This document shows, one piece after another, positions 1 through 9,372 of a stretch of 36,937 nt of DNA (its first letter is position 1; each line of letters begins with the position of its first letter). This DNA is from a virus (taxonomy: Duplodnaviria > Heunggongvirae > Uroviricota > Caudoviricetes), in the IMG/VR virus record IMGVR_UViG_2698536485_000021, one strand, 5' to 3'. Below the pieces are notes generated by a model. That model worked only from the letters and a program-made list of their open reading frames with translations, had not been told where the DNA came from and ran no database searches. The position numbers and the translations under genes were made by a program.

Positions 1-1053
1 TTACGGGGTAATGCCAACCGCTGCCGCCACTTTGTCGCCACTTGGCAGCGTTGCCAGAGGATTGAAACGGAGCGCCGTTTCCAGATGATCCGGTGCCAGA
101 TGTGCGTAACGCATAGTCATTTTTATATCGTGGTGTCCGAGAATTTTTTGTAAGGCCAGAATGTTTCCACCCGACATCATGAAGTGCGCCGCAAACGTAT
201 GGCGCAGAACGTGTGTGAGTTGACCGCGAGGGAGCACGATAGACGTTTTTTCCATCACGGATAAAAATTGAAAATAGCAGTCTGTGAAGAAATTGAACCC
301 ATCAAGCGCCATGATCTCTTCGTAAAGCTCTTTACTGATAGGGATGCTTCTATTTTTCTTCCCCTTCGTTCTTACAAAGGTAATTCGGTATTTGGTCACC
401 TGTGAACGAGTAAGATTTATGGCTTCTCGCCAGCGTGCGCCTGTGCTTAAGCATATCTTAACTACCAGTGCCAGAATTGGGTCCTGACGTTTGCAATCAG
501 CCAGTAATTCAACAATCTGCTCATGGGTAAGCCATGCCATCTCTTTTTCTGCGATGGTGAATTTTCGCATGTTCTCCAGTGGGTTCGGATACGACCATTC
601 GCCCAGGCGGGATAGTTCGCTAAAAACACTACTTAGATAGCTTTGCTCCAGGTTAATGGTGACCGGGCTTGCTCCTTTCTTCCATTTCTCGCTGAAGTAG
701 ATCTCACCTGTCAGGCGTTTATCTCGATAGTGGGCAAACATTTTAGAGGTTAGATCAGTTGCAAGGGGATTGCCCAGAGCGTCAACCATCAGCAGCAATT
801 TGTCATAGACATGCTGCCCAGCTGTCAGTGATTTACCATGTAGTTTGAACCATAGCTCAACCACGTCTTTCAGTGTTCGACGATCCACTGATTCACCTAG
901 CCAGGGCTTTGCTTCGGTTTCTTCCATCGTGTGACGCTCAAAAGCCAGTGCTTCGCCTTTGGTGGCGAATTGTTTACGCACACGACGTCCACTACGTCCG
1001 GCGGGGTAACATTCGCAAAGCCATTTTCCTGTGGTGAGTTTTCGTACTGCCAT
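1..1053 (-). CDS. int: Tyrosine recombinase / phage integrase (P2/186 Int-like), complete; stop codon at 1-3
   Basis: 350-aa ORF; C-terminal catalytic-domain motifs (ARWRE, HVLRHTFAAH, HHDIKMTMRYAHL); position beside the att core and repressor. Confidence 0.9.
   Translation of the reverse strand: MAVRKLTTGKWLCECYPAGRSGRRVRKQFATKGEALAFERHTMEETEAKPWLGESVDRRTLKDVVELWFKLHGKSLTAGQHVYDKLLLMVDALGNPLATDLTSKMFAHYRDKRLTGEIYFSEKWKKGASPVTINLEQSYLSSVFSELSRLGEWSYPNPLENMRKFTIAEKEMAWLTHEQIVELLADCKRQDPILALVVKICLSTGARWREAINLTRSQVTKYRITFVRTKGKKNRSIPISKELYEEIMALDGFNFFTDCYFQFLSVMEKTSIVLPRGQLTHVLRHTFAAHFMMSGGNILALQKILGHHDIKMTMRYAHLAPDHLETALRFNPLATLPSGDKVAAAVGITP
19..40. repeat. attL core: 22-bp direct repeat CGCTGCCGCCA(C)TTTGTCGCCA, left copy, overlapping the 3' end of int
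   Basis: Same 22-mer with one mismatch (C vs T at position 12) recurs at 34083-34104; flanks differ on both sides; the copies bracket all phage genes. Confidence 0.6.
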
Positions 1054-1136
1054 AAAAAAGCCCTCATATCAGAGGGCTAAATTTAACTGTATATGCAACC
1101 AGTAATCAATGTGTGATTGCTATGAAACATACATTG

Positions 1137-2813
1137 CTAAGCAACATGTAGTTCATCGTTGGCGGAAGTGGCTGCTTTGCGTTCCTGCTCAATAGCTAGT
1201 GACTCTCTATATTCTTTCGCCTCTGCAAACATTGTCCAGTGGGCATTGATGTTCATATCTTCAATAACCGATTTAATTTCTTTAATATTTACGTTAAAAA
1301 ACTCTTTTCGTGAGTTAATTTTATTGACCTGCTTTTCGTTGAAGACTTTATGCAGATGATTTTCTAATGACGGTGCATCATCACTATAAATCATCGCATG
1401 AACATCGAACGAAAAAGGAACACTAGCATCCCCAAGTTCACGAACACGATCAAGTGGTTCAAGGCGGCGTGTCATTCCAATTTTATATACATCTTCGCCA
1501 AATGAGCCAATATTGCTAATTATATAAACATGGCCTGATCTAGTTTGTTGAGCCATAGAAATAGCTCGTTGGTTTTTAGCTTCAGCTTCTTCATATTTTA
1601 ACTGTAGTTCAGCTATTTTTTGCTCTAAAGCTAAGCGTTGTTCTTCATTTGCAAGCATAAGCTCTTTCGTTGCTTTATTTATAGCTTGCTGAATAGCTTT
1701 TTCTTCTTTTTCGGCTTCTTTTATCGCTTTTTCATACTCTCTACGAGCTCTTTCCTCTTCACGAAGCTGTTCTTTAATCCTTCTTTGCTCCTCTTTTTCT
1801 TCGAGCATAATTTCATTAACTGCAACTCCCCATTTTAGCTCGTTGAGTCGTGCCTGAAGATAGATGTCACTTATTTTTGCGGATCTAAAAGCAGAGCCAT
1901 TATAATTTACAAGTTGAAATGCATCTTTTATTTCTTGGGAAAGTTTTCCAAAATTGTTGTGTTTGACTTTTGATAAAATACTGTCAACTCTTCCATTGAA
2001 GGCATCCAAAACAAAGTTGATAGCAGTATTACGCCTGTTTTGCTCAACATAATCACACGAAGCTGCTTTATTAGTTTTTATTAATGATTTTGTTAACTCC
2101 CTGGCTTTTTGTAATTCCTTGCCTGCATCTGTAAACTCATAATTTTCTGCCAATTCATCAAGTACACTACGGTTAGGGATGATCCATTCATCGCCATAAC
2201 CTTCAATTTTATTTTTCATTGATTTGGCAACTGCTTCATATTTTTCTGCAAACTCTTTAGCTTCATATGCTGAACCAGCAATCTCTTTTGCTCTTTCTTC
2301 TGCATCGGAAATAATTTTTACTGCGTTGTCATTAGCATTTGAGATCAGCTCATTTGCTTTACTGTTGGCATTATCAAGACGTTCTTTGGCTTTCAGGCGT
2401 GCATCGCGAGCGTCTTTGGTGATTGCTATAGCTTCGCTATTAGCGTTGCTTATTGTTATCTGAGCTTGATAACTTGCTTCGTTTACTGTCTTAGCTGCCT
2501 TTATTTGGGCTTCTTCTATTTTTTGCCTAGCTATTGAGTCTGCATTTTTTATCTTATTCTCTGCCTCCATCACTGCGCTGTGCAATTCTTCGTATTGCCA
2601 TAATGGTGCTGCTCGCCCTTCAAGCTCTGATAGATCTCGTGCAGTCTGTGCTAACTTTTCTTGATTTTCACTCAGTTGGCTGGAAAGGGCTATGTTGTTA
2701 GCCGTCTGGTTATCTATGGCGGCTTTGTGTTCTTTACTTTGCTTAAATAATATTATAGCTAGAACAGGGGCGAGAAATGCTAATAAGAATATAACGATGG
2801 AAAATGAATTCAT
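1137..2813 (-). CDS. Membrane-anchored coiled-coil protein with C-terminal T5orf172 (GIY-YIG-like) domain; N-terminal part resembles DUF4041
   Basis: 558-aa ORF; N-terminal hydrophobic helix (FSIVIFLLAFLAPVLAIILF); long low-complexity A/E/K/Q-rich helical region; C-terminal GHVYIISN...YKIGMT...FNVNIKEIKSVIE matches the T5orf172 pattern; AGGA RBS 8 nt upstream; region visibly AT-rich. Confidence 0.75.
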   Translation of the reverse strand: MNSFSIVIFLLAFLAPVLAIILFKQSKEHKAAIDNQTANNIALSSQLSENQEKLAQTARDLSELEGRAAPLWQYEELHSAVMEAENKIKNADSIARQKIEEAQIKAAKTVNEASYQAQITISNANSEAIAITKDARDARLKAKERLDNANSKANELISNANDNAVKIISDAEERAKEIAGSAYEAKEFAEKYEAVAKSMKNKIEGYGDEWIIPNRSVLDELAENYEFTDAGKELQKARELTKSLIKTNKAASCDYVEQNRRNTAINFVLDAFNGRVDSILSKVKHNNFGKLSQEIKDAFQLVNYNGSAFRSAKISDIYLQARLNELKWGVAVNEIMLEEKEEQRRIKEQLREEERARREYEKAIKEAEKEEKAIQQAINKATKELMLANEEQRLALEQKIAELQLKYEEAEAKNQRAISMAQQTRSGHVYIISNIGSFGEDVYKIGMTRRLEPLDRVRELGDASVPFSFDVHAMIYSDDAPSLENHLHKVFNEKQVNKINSRKEFFNVNIKEIKSVIEDMNINAHWTMFAEAKEYRESLAIEQERKAATSANDELHVA

Positions 2814-2833
2814 TTTTAAATCCTTTTACTATA

Positions 2834-3121
2834 TCAATTTGAAACTATTGTACTTCTTATACAAGCAACCACTTCAATATCAGAAAATGCACATTCAAAG
2901 CTATTCTCTGTAGTTGTAATTTTAATCATACCTTTTGGAAGCTTTGTGATTTTTCGAATGGAATAGGTTCCGTCGATGTTGATTAACCAGTGTCCATCAA
3001 GTACTTCAGAAAATTTTTGATCACAAATGTATGTGACAAGCCCATCCTGAATAACAATTGGTGATGAAAGATTTGCAGGAAGAAATGATGAATCGAATAC
3101 ATATGAACCATCTTCAATCAT
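2834..3121 (-). CDS. 95-codon ORF: either the C-terminal domain of an interrupted 186 CI-like repressor or a separate small gene co-transcribed with the T5orf172 gene
   Basis: Same frame as the HTH ORF at 3191-3430, separated only by one TAA (3191-3193) and 23 open codons; weak RBS of its own; AT-rich like the cargo gene. Confidence 0.45.
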   Translation of the reverse strand: MIEDGSYVFDSSFLPANLSSPIVIQDGLVTYICDQKFSEVLDGHWLINIDGTYSIRKITKLPKGMIKITTTENSFECAFSDIEVVACIRSTIVSN

Positions 3122-3190
3122 TTTGCCTGCGGTAAGGCGAAACTTGGGAAGCTCTTCTGTGGCTACTGTCAGCGAGCTTTGCTTAAGTCC

Positions 3191-3430
3191 TTACCCGGTG
3201 GTTAACCATTTCAGTGAGGTTCCTGTTTCAAGAGCACATTGGATTATCCAGTCTGCAGGAAACGTATCCCGCAAATACCTGTTCGCCAGAGTGCTTTTTG
3301 ATACTTCCAAGTGATCAGCTAAAGCCTGTCGTGTCGTAAAGCCATAAGCTTCGACTAATCGCTCAATCGCAGCCTTACCACCTTTATTGGGATTTATTTT
3401 GATCTCACTTGGGTACTTTGATGTTGACAT
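3191..3430 (-). CDS. Immunity repressor, HTH DNA-binding N-terminal domain (186 CI-like); ends at an in-frame TAA
   Basis: 79-aa ORF with HTH-like segment (TTRQALADHLEVSKSTLANRYL); divergent from the apl/cox-like gene across a 95-bp control region, as in P2/186 switches. Confidence 0.7.
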   Translation of the reverse strand: MSTSKYPSEIKINPNKGGKAAIERLVEAYGFTTRQALADHLEVSKSTLANRYLRDTFPADWIIQCALETGTSLKWLTTG

Positions 3431-3525
3431 ATCTCTTTTGCGATCCTGGTATCAGTTTTGTCCCCATTTGGGTACTTGTCACGATTACTACAGGCTCACC
3501 ACAAGCCAATAGGAGATGTTGCATC
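3431..3525. promoter_or_regulatory. Lysis-lysogeny switch region with divergent/face-to-face early promoters and operators (not resolved to base)
   Basis: Short intergenic region between the divergent repressor and apl/cox-like genes; AGGAG RBS at 3511-3515. Confidence 0.4.
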
Positions 3526-3747
3526 ATGACCCCTAACATTTCAATAACTCTGAATACGCCACATGTCACAATTGAGCGTTATAGCGAACTTACTGGTCTT
3601 TCAATCGACACAATTAACGATATGCTGGCTGACGGTCGCATCCCTCGGCATCGCCTTCGGAAAGACAAGAAAAGAGAAAAGGTGATGATCAACCTTGCTG
3701 CTCTTACCGTTGATGCACTTACTGATTGCAATGTTGTATTCAACTAG
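3526..3747 (+). CDS. Cox/Apl-like excisionase and transcriptional regulator
   Basis: 73-aa ORF from ATG 3526 with AGGAG RBS; small basic HTH protein ([23 protein letters not shown]) first in the rightward early operon. Confidence 0.65.
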   Translation: MTPNISITLNTPHVTIERYSELTGLSIDTINDMLADGRIPRHRLRKDKKREKVMINLAALTVDALTDCNVVFN

Positions 3748-3779
3748 TTCCATTTTGGGATGCATCAGGGGTGTCGACC

Positions 3780-4289
3780 ATGTTTGATTACCAAGTTTCC
3801 AAACATCCACATTTTGATGAAGCCTGTCGTGCATTCGCATTGCGCCACAACCTGGTGCAACTGGCAGAACGTGCTGGCATGAATGTGCAGATTCTGCGGA
3901 ACAAGCTGAACCCATCTCAACCTCATTTATTAACCGCACCAGAAATCTGGCTGCTTACCGATCTGACAGAAGATTCAACGCTGGTAGATGGTTTTCTGGC
4001 ACAGATTCACTGCCTGCCATGTGTACCGATTAATGAGGTTGCAAAAGAGAAACTGCCGCATTACGTCATGAGCGCAACTGCAGAGATCGGACGTGTTGCA
4101 GCAGGTGCGGTATCTGGTGATGTAAAAACTAGTGCCGGTCGTCGTGATGCTATCAGCAGCATTAACTCTGTAACACGACTGATGGCGCTGGCTGCTGTTT
4201 CATTGCAGGCCCGTTTACAGGCTAATCCTGCGATGGCGAGTGCAGTTGATACCGTGACTGGCCTCGGTGCTTCATTCGGTTTGCTGTGA
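3780..4289 (+). CDS. 186 CII-like regulatory protein (Phage_CP76 family)
   Basis: [20 protein letters not shown]... resembles my recollection of 186 CII; position after apl/cox. Confidence 0.65.
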   Translation: MFDYQVSKHPHFDEACRAFALRHNLVQLAERAGMNVQILRNKLNPSQPHLLTAPEIWLLTDLTEDSTLVDGFLAQIHCLPCVPINEVAKEKLPHYVMSATAEIGRVAAGAVSGDVKTSAGRRDAISSINSVTRLMALAAVSLQARLQANPAMASAVDTVTGLGASFGLL

Positions 4290-4296
4290 GGTGCTT

Positions 4297-4497
4297 ATGC
4301 TGACGAAAGAACCATCATTTGCATCGCTGCTGGTAAAACAAAGCCCGGCAATGCACTACGGTCACGGCTGGATCATGGGTGAGGATGGTAAACGCTGGCA
4401 TCCGTGCCGTTCACAAGATGAATTGCTGGCAGAACTATCTACGAAAAAACGGGGGAACAAATGGCTATTGAAGGCGCTGCGGCGACTGTTCCATTAA
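4297..4497 (+). CDS. Small early-operon protein, function unknown
   Basis: ORF from ATG 4297 with GAGGTG RBS, tightly packed in the early operon. Confidence 0.45.
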   Translation: MLTKEPSFASLLVKQSPAMHYGHGWIMGEDGKRWHPCRSQDELLAELSTKKRGNKWLLKALRRLFH

Positions 4498-4802
4498 GCC
4501 CCGGTGAACGCCTGAATGGACTTAATCACATAGCGGAATTAAGGGCGAAAGTTTTTGGTTTGAATATTGAGTCAGAGCTTGAGCGGTTTATTAAAGATAT
4601 GCGTGATCCACGGGATATCAATAATGAACAAAATAAACGGGCACTGGCTGCCATATTCTTTATGGCAAAAATTCCAGCTGAACGTCATAGCATCAGCATT
4701 AATGAGCTGACCACTGACGAAAAGCGGGAGTTGATTAAAGCAATGAATCATTTTCGTGCAGTGGTGAGCTTATTTCCCAGACGGCTAACCATGCCGAATT
4801 AA
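4461..4802 (+). CDS. Early-operon hypothetical protein
   Basis: 113-aa ORF, co-directional, overlaps neighbours by a few codons. Confidence 0.5.
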   Translation: MAIEGAAATVPLSPGERLNGLNHIAELRAKVFGLNIESELERFIKDMRDPRDINNEQNKRALAAIFFMAKIPAERHSISINELTTDEKRELIKAMNHFRAVVSLFPRRLTMPN

Positions 4803-4869
4803 CCAACTAATGAAATTAATGGCGTAAACCCGCCGGGCATCCCTTTATCTAAATTCAGGAGAATTGCTT

Positions 4870-5103
4870 ATGCGTAATATTGAAACCCTCACGACCAAAA
4901 CCGGACCGGATGATGCAGGTCTTAATCTTTTACTGACAGAGGCTCGTCTGGAAGAACGCCGGGCAAGGGCTGAAGCAATGGCTGCTCGCCTCGATAGCCT
5001 GGCGTGTCATATCACCTCCCGCCAGCTAAACCACGTCGAAGCGGCAGAACTGCTGCGTGTGACTGCTGAAGCAATCCAGAACGAAGCGCAGGAGATCCAC
5101 TGA
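4870..5103 (+). CDS. Early-operon hypothetical protein (small helical)
   Basis: ATG 4870 preceded by AGGAG RBS; stop overlaps the next start (ATGA-type coupling). Confidence 0.5.
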   Translation: MRNIETLTTKTGPDDAGLNLLLTEARLEERRARAEAMAARLDSLACHITSRQLNHVEAAELLRVTAEAIQNEAQEIH

Positions 5104-5330
5104 TGGCTGATGCAATGGATCTCGTACAGCAGCGCGTTGAAGAAGAACGCCAACGCCATATCCGTGCTGCCCGTGCCAAAACGCCGGGCGTGTCCCGCGT
5201 GCTTTGCGTTGAGTGTGAAGCGCCAATTCCGCCAGCACGCCGCCGTGCCATTCCTGGAGTGCAGCTTTGCATTACCTGTCAGGAAATCGCAGAGCTGAAA
5301 GGCAAACATTACAACGGAGGTGCTGTATGA
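5103..5330 (+). CDS. TraR/DksA-family C4 zinc-finger protein
   Basis: CVECEAPIPPARRRAIPGVQLCITCQ four-Cys motif typical of the TraR/DksA family; P2 has a similar small protein at this position. Confidence 0.7.
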   Translation: MADAMDLVQQRVEEERQRHIRAARAKTPGVSRVLCVECEAPIPPARRRAIPGVQLCITCQEIAELKGKHYNGGAV

Positions 5331-6184
5331 GCACCATCCTGAAATGGGCGGGTAATAAAACCGCCATTATGTCCGAACTGAAAAAATACCTTCCTGCTGG
5401 CCCGCGACTGGTTGAACCTTTCGCGGGTTCTTGTGCTGTGATGATGGCGACGGATTACCCCAGCTATCTGGTTGCGGATATTAATCCTGATTTAATCAAC
5501 CTCTATAAAAAGATTGCCGCTGATTGCGAAGCGTTTATATCTCGTGCCAAAGTTTTATTTGAGGAAGCAAACAGTGAGCTGGCTTATTACAACATAAGAC
5601 AGGAGTTTAATTACTCAACTGAAATTACTGATTTCATGAAGGCGATATATTTCCTGTATCTCAATCGTCACGGTTACCGTGGTTTATGTCGCTATAACAA
5701 GAGCGGGTATTTCAACATTCCCTACGGTAATTATAAAAATCCGTATTTCCCTGAAAAAGAAATTCGCGCATTTGCAGAGAAAGCCCAGCGGGCAACGTTT
5801 ATCTGCGCGAGCTTTGATGAAACGCTGGCGATGCTGCAGGTGGGGGATGTGGTGTATTGCGATCCGCCGTATGACGGTACGTTTTCCGGCTATCACACTG
5901 ATGGTTTCACTGAAGATGACCAGTATCACCTGGCATCCATTCTTGAACATCGGTCATCAGAAGGACATCCGGTCATTGTTTCTAACAATGACACATCCCT
6001 GATTCGTTCGCTGTATCGCAATTTTACTCACCACTATATCAAGGCAAAACGCAGCATCGGCGTGTCAGCTGGCGAGGGTAAATCTGCAACAGAAATCATT
6101 GCTGTTTCCGGGCCGAGCTGCTGGTTGGGATTTGATCCTTCGCGTGGCGTGGATAGTTCTGCCGTGTACGGAGTGTGTGTATGA
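5327..6184 (+). CDS. dam: DNA adenine methyltransferase (Dam-like, N6-adenine MTase)
   Basis: N-terminal KWAGNK and FAGSCAV (SAM-binding) plus DPPY catalytic motif; start overlaps the TraR stop and its stop overlaps the gene A start. Confidence 0.85.
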   Translation: MSTILKWAGNKTAIMSELKKYLPAGPRLVEPFAGSCAVMMATDYPSYLVADINPDLINLYKKIAADCEAFISRAKVLFEEANSELAYYNIRQEFNYSTEITDFMKAIYFLYLNRHGYRGLCRYNKSGYFNIPYGNYKNPYFPEKEIRAFAEKAQRATFICASFDETLAMLQVGDVVYCDPPYDGTFSGYHTDGFTEDDQYHLASILEHRSSEGHPVIVSNNDTSLIRSLYRNFTHHYIKAKRSIGVSAGEGKSATEIIAVSGPSCWLGFDPSRGVDSSAVYGVCV

Positions 6185-8595
6185 GTCATGACGATATGAA
6201 CAATTGCAGCGGCTTTAACGAGGCCGCCGCAGCATTTTCATGGAACGGCTCGAAAAAGGCCATTAACCCTTATCTGGACCCGGCGGAAGTTGCGCCGGAG
6301 TCTGCACTTTCAAACCTGATCACTCTGTACGCTGCCGATAACGAGCAGGAACAACTGCGCCGCGAGGCACTGAGTGAGCAGGTCTGGGAGCGTTATTTCT
6401 TTAATGAATCCCGTGATCCTGTCCAGCGCGAAATGGAGCAGGATAAGCTCATTAGCCGGGCAAAGCTGGCGCATGAACAGCAGCGTTTTAATCCGGACAT
6501 GATCATTCTGGCGGACGTAAACGCCCAGCCTTCCCATATCAGCAAGCCGCTGATGCAACGTATTGAATACTTCAGCAGCCTGGGCAGGCCAAAGGCTTAT
6601 TCCCGCTATTTGCGTGAGACGATTAAGCCATGTCTGGAGCGACTGGATTGTGTACGTGACAGTCAGCTATCTGTTTCTTTCCGTTTTATGGCAAGCCATC
6701 AAGGGCTGGAGGGTCTGCTGATCCTGCCTGAAATGAGCCAGGATCAGGTGAAACGCCTGTCCACCCTGGTAGCAGCGCATATGAGCATGTGTCTTGAGGA
6801 CGCTTGTGGTGATTTGTATGCCACCGATGACGTTAAGCCAGAAGAAATCCGCAAGACATGGGAAAAGGTGGCAGCGGAAACCCTGCGTCTGGATGTTATC
6901 CCGCCTGCGTTTGAGAAACTTCGTCGGAAAAGAAACCGCCGCAAACCAGTGCCCTATGAACTCATCCCGGGTTCGCTGGCGCGTATGTTGTGTGCCGACT
7001 GGTGGTATCGGAAATTATGGAAGATGCGTTGCGAATGGCGGGAAGAGCAGTTGCGTGCTGTCTGCCTGGTCAGCAAAAAAGCATCCCCCTATGTCAGCTA
7101 TGAAGCCGTGATGCATAAACGTGAGCAGCGCCGTAAGTCGCTGGAGTTTTTTCGTTCTCATGAACTGGTGAACGAAGACGGCGACACGCTGGATATGGAA
7201 GATGTGGTAAACGCCAGCAGCAGCAACCCGGCGCATCGCCGCAATGAGATGATGGCCTGTGTTAAAGGTCTGGAGCTTATCGCGGAAATGCGCAGTGACT
7301 GTGCCGTTTTCTACACTATCACCTGTCCGTCGCGTTTCCATTCCACGCTCAATAACGGCAGACCAAACCCGACCTGGACAAACGCGACGGTAAGACAAAG
7401 TAGCGATTATCTGGTCGGCATGTTTGCTGCATTTCGTAAGGCTATGCATAAAGCCGAGTTGCGCTGGTATGGCGTGCGGGTAGCTGAGCCGCATCATGAC
7501 GGTACTGTGCACTGGCATCTCATGTGTTTCATGCGTAAAAAAGACCGCCGCGCCATCACTGCATTACTGCGTAAGTTTGCCATCCGTGAAGACCGCGAGG
7601 AGCTGGGCAATAACACGGGACCACGCTTTAAGTCTGAGCTTATAAACCCGCGCAAAGGTACGCCAACAAGCTATATCGCGAAATACATCAGTAAGAACAT
7701 TGACGGGCGTGGTCTGGCTGGGGAGATCAGCAAGGAAACGGGTAAATCCCTGCGTGATAACGCTGAATACGTTAATGCCTGGGCGTCTCTGCATCGTGTT
7801 CAGCAATTCCGCTTCTTTGGCATTCCGGGGCGTCAGGCTTACCGTGAACTGCGATTGCTGGCTGGTCAGGCGGCAAGGCAACAGGGTGACAAAAAAGCAG
7901 GTGCGCCGGTACTGGATAACCCGCGCCTTGATGCCATTCTGGCTGCTGCTGATGCTGGTTGTTTTGCCACCTATATCATGAAGCAGGGCGGCGTACTGGT
8001 TCCCCGTAAATATCACCTCATCAGAACCGCTTATGAAATCAACGAAGAGCCAACCGCCTATGGCGATCACGGTATTCGTATTTATGGCATCTGGTCACCC
8101 ATTGCAGAGGGCAAGATCTGCACTCATGCGGTGAAGTGGAAAATGGTTCGTAAGGCCGTTGACGTTCAGGAGGCGGCAGCCGACCAGGGCGCTTGCGCCC
8201 CTTGGACTCGTGGCAATAACTGTCCCCTTGCTGAAAATTTGAACCAACAAGGGAAAGACAAATCAGCTGATGGGGACTCCAGAACGGATATTACCCGTAT
8301 GAATGACAAGGAGTTGCACGATTACCTGCACAGTATGAGCAAAAAAGAGCGCCGGGAACTGGCTGCAAGGTTACGCCAGGTGAAACCGAAACGGCGTAAA
8401 GACTACAAACAGCGAATTACAGACCATCAGCGACAGCAGCTCGTCTATGAACTGAAGTCCAGGGGATTTGATGGCAGCGAGAAAGAAGTCGATTTGCTCC
8501 TTCGCGGCGGCAGTATTCCGTCAGGAGCAGGCCTGCGTATCTTCTATCGGAACCAGCGTCTGAAGGAAGATGATAAGTGGCGGAACCTATATTAA
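6181..8595 (+). CDS. A: Replication initiation protein A (rolling-circle nickase, P2 gpA-like)
   Basis: ~805 aa; HUH-type motif (VHWHLM) and tandem active-site tyrosine motif (YIAKYISK); position after the early small genes. Confidence 0.85.
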   Translation: MSHDDMNNCSGFNEAAAAFSWNGSKKAINPYLDPAEVAPESALSNLITLYAADNEQEQLRREALSEQVWERYFFNESRDPVQREMEQDKLISRAKLAHEQQRFNPDMIILADVNAQPSHISKPLMQRIEYFSSLGRPKAYSRYLRETIKPCLERLDCVRDSQLSVSFRFMASHQGLEGLLILPEMSQDQVKRLSTLVAAHMSMCLEDACGDLYATDDVKPEEIRKTWEKVAAETLRLDVIPPAFEKLRRKRNRRKPVPYELIPGSLARMLCADWWYRKLWKMRCEWREEQLRAVCLVSKKASPYVSYEAVMHKREQRRKSLEFFRSHELVNEDGDTLDMEDVVNASSSNPAHRRNEMMACVKGLELIAEMRSDCAVFYTITCPSRFHSTLNNGRPNPTWTNATVRQSSDYLVGMFAAFRKAMHKAELRWYGVRVAEPHHDGTVHWHLMCFMRKKDRRAITALLRKFAIREDREELGNNTGPRFKSELINPRKGTPTSYIAKYISKNIDGRGLAGEISKETGKSLRDNAEYVNAWASLHRVQQFRFFGIPGRQAYRELRLLAGQAARQQGDKKAGAPVLDNPRLDAILAAADAGCFATYIMKQGGVLVPRKYHLIRTAYEINEEPTAYGDHGIRIYGIWSPIAEGKICTHAVKWKMVRKAVDVQEAAADQGACAPWTRGNNCPLAENLNQQGKDKSADGDSRTDITRMNDKELHDYLHSMSKKERRELAARLRQVKPKRRKDYKQRITDHQRQQLVYELKSRGFDGSEKEVDLLLRGGSIPSGAGLRIFYRNQRLKEDDKWRNLY

Positions 8596-8687
8596 TTACG
8601 CGGGTTAACAATTCGTGCTCTTAATAATACCAGGCATATCAGGCCGATGAACGTAAAAAAACGTTTTACATCAGTAAGATTATTATA

Positions 8688-8707
8688 TACTGTAAATATA
8701 AACAGTG
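8688..8707. promoter_or_regulatory. LexA operator (SOS box) TACTGTAAATATAAACAGTG upstream of the 8748 ORF
   Basis: Fits CTGT-N8-ACAG with an AT-rich spacer (CTGT 8690-8693, ACAG 8702-8705); 40 bp upstream of a strong AGGAGG RBS and ATG. Confidence 0.7.
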
Positions 8708-8747
8708 GTTATGTGTACAGTATTGTTTTGGTGTCATAGGAGGAAAG

Positions 8748-8936
8748 ATGCAGGACTATTTTTTGGAGTCTTTGAAGCTCCAGCGCATTGATTTTTTTCT
8801 TAAGCTTGTAGCGGCTAGTGAGTGTAGTGATGAAGAGAAGGGGCTGGCTCTGCAGTGGGTTTCTGAATTGACTGATGAACTCATGGCAAAAATCAGAAGC
8901 CACGAATACAACCGCTCAATGGATGTCATCAGCTGA
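8748..8936 (+). CDS. SOS-controlled small protein; possible Tum-like antirepressor component
   Basis: 62-aa ORF with AGGAGG RBS directly downstream of the LexA box; 186 carries the LexA-controlled antirepressor gene tum at this position. Confidence 0.5.
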   Translation: MQDYFLESLKLQRIDFFLKLVAASECSDEEKGLALQWVSELTDELMAKIRSHEYNRSMDVIS

Positions 8937-8946
8937 GGTGACTTTT

Positions 8947-9180
8947 ATGCGCATTGAAATAATGATCGATAAAGAGCAGAAGATTAGCCAGTCTACCCTG
9001 GACGCCCTTGAATCCGAGCTTTACCGCAATCTGCGCCCCCTGTATCCCAAAACGGTAATTCGCGTTCGCAAAGGTAGCTCTAACGGTGTGGAACTAACCG
9101 GACTGCAACTGGATGAAGAAAGAAAACAAGTGATGAAAATTATGCAGAAGGTGTGGGAGGACGACAGCTGGCTGCATTAA
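8947..9180 (+). CDS. DinI-family protein
   Basis: MRIEIMIDK...ELTGLQLDEERKQVMKIMQKVWEDDSWL follows the DinI pattern (N-terminal MRIE and C-terminal acidic W-containing tail); GAGGTG RBS 7 nt upstream of ATG 8947. Confidence 0.75.
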   Translation: MRIEIMIDKEQKISQSTLDALESELYRNLRPLYPKTVIRVRKGSSNGVELTGLQLDEERKQVMKIMQKVWEDDSWLH

Positions 9181-9372
9181 GAAATGTTGCCCCCAGGAGG
9201 ATTCATTCTGATGGGGGCTAGTTTGGGCAATGAGTGAAATAAGGCGTAAGGTGGGCGGTTATTTTGATAAGTGATCGTCCGCTTTGTGTCAGAAGCAGAA
9301 GTGGGAGTGTCTGAGACTCTCTAAAAGTTGATGATTCACTTACAAAACCATTTTCCTGATGGATGCTTACAC

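Noticed and set aside
5679-6002. 107-aa and 88-aa ORFs overlapping the Dam gene on both strands
   Set aside because: Embedded within a well-supported Dam coding sequence; no independent signals
8748-9180. Single frameshifted 186 Tum-like gene spanning both ORFs
   Set aside because: The two ORFs are in different frames and the DinI-like ORF has its own strong RBS and ATG; kept as two genes with the fused-ancestor idea noted only as a possibility
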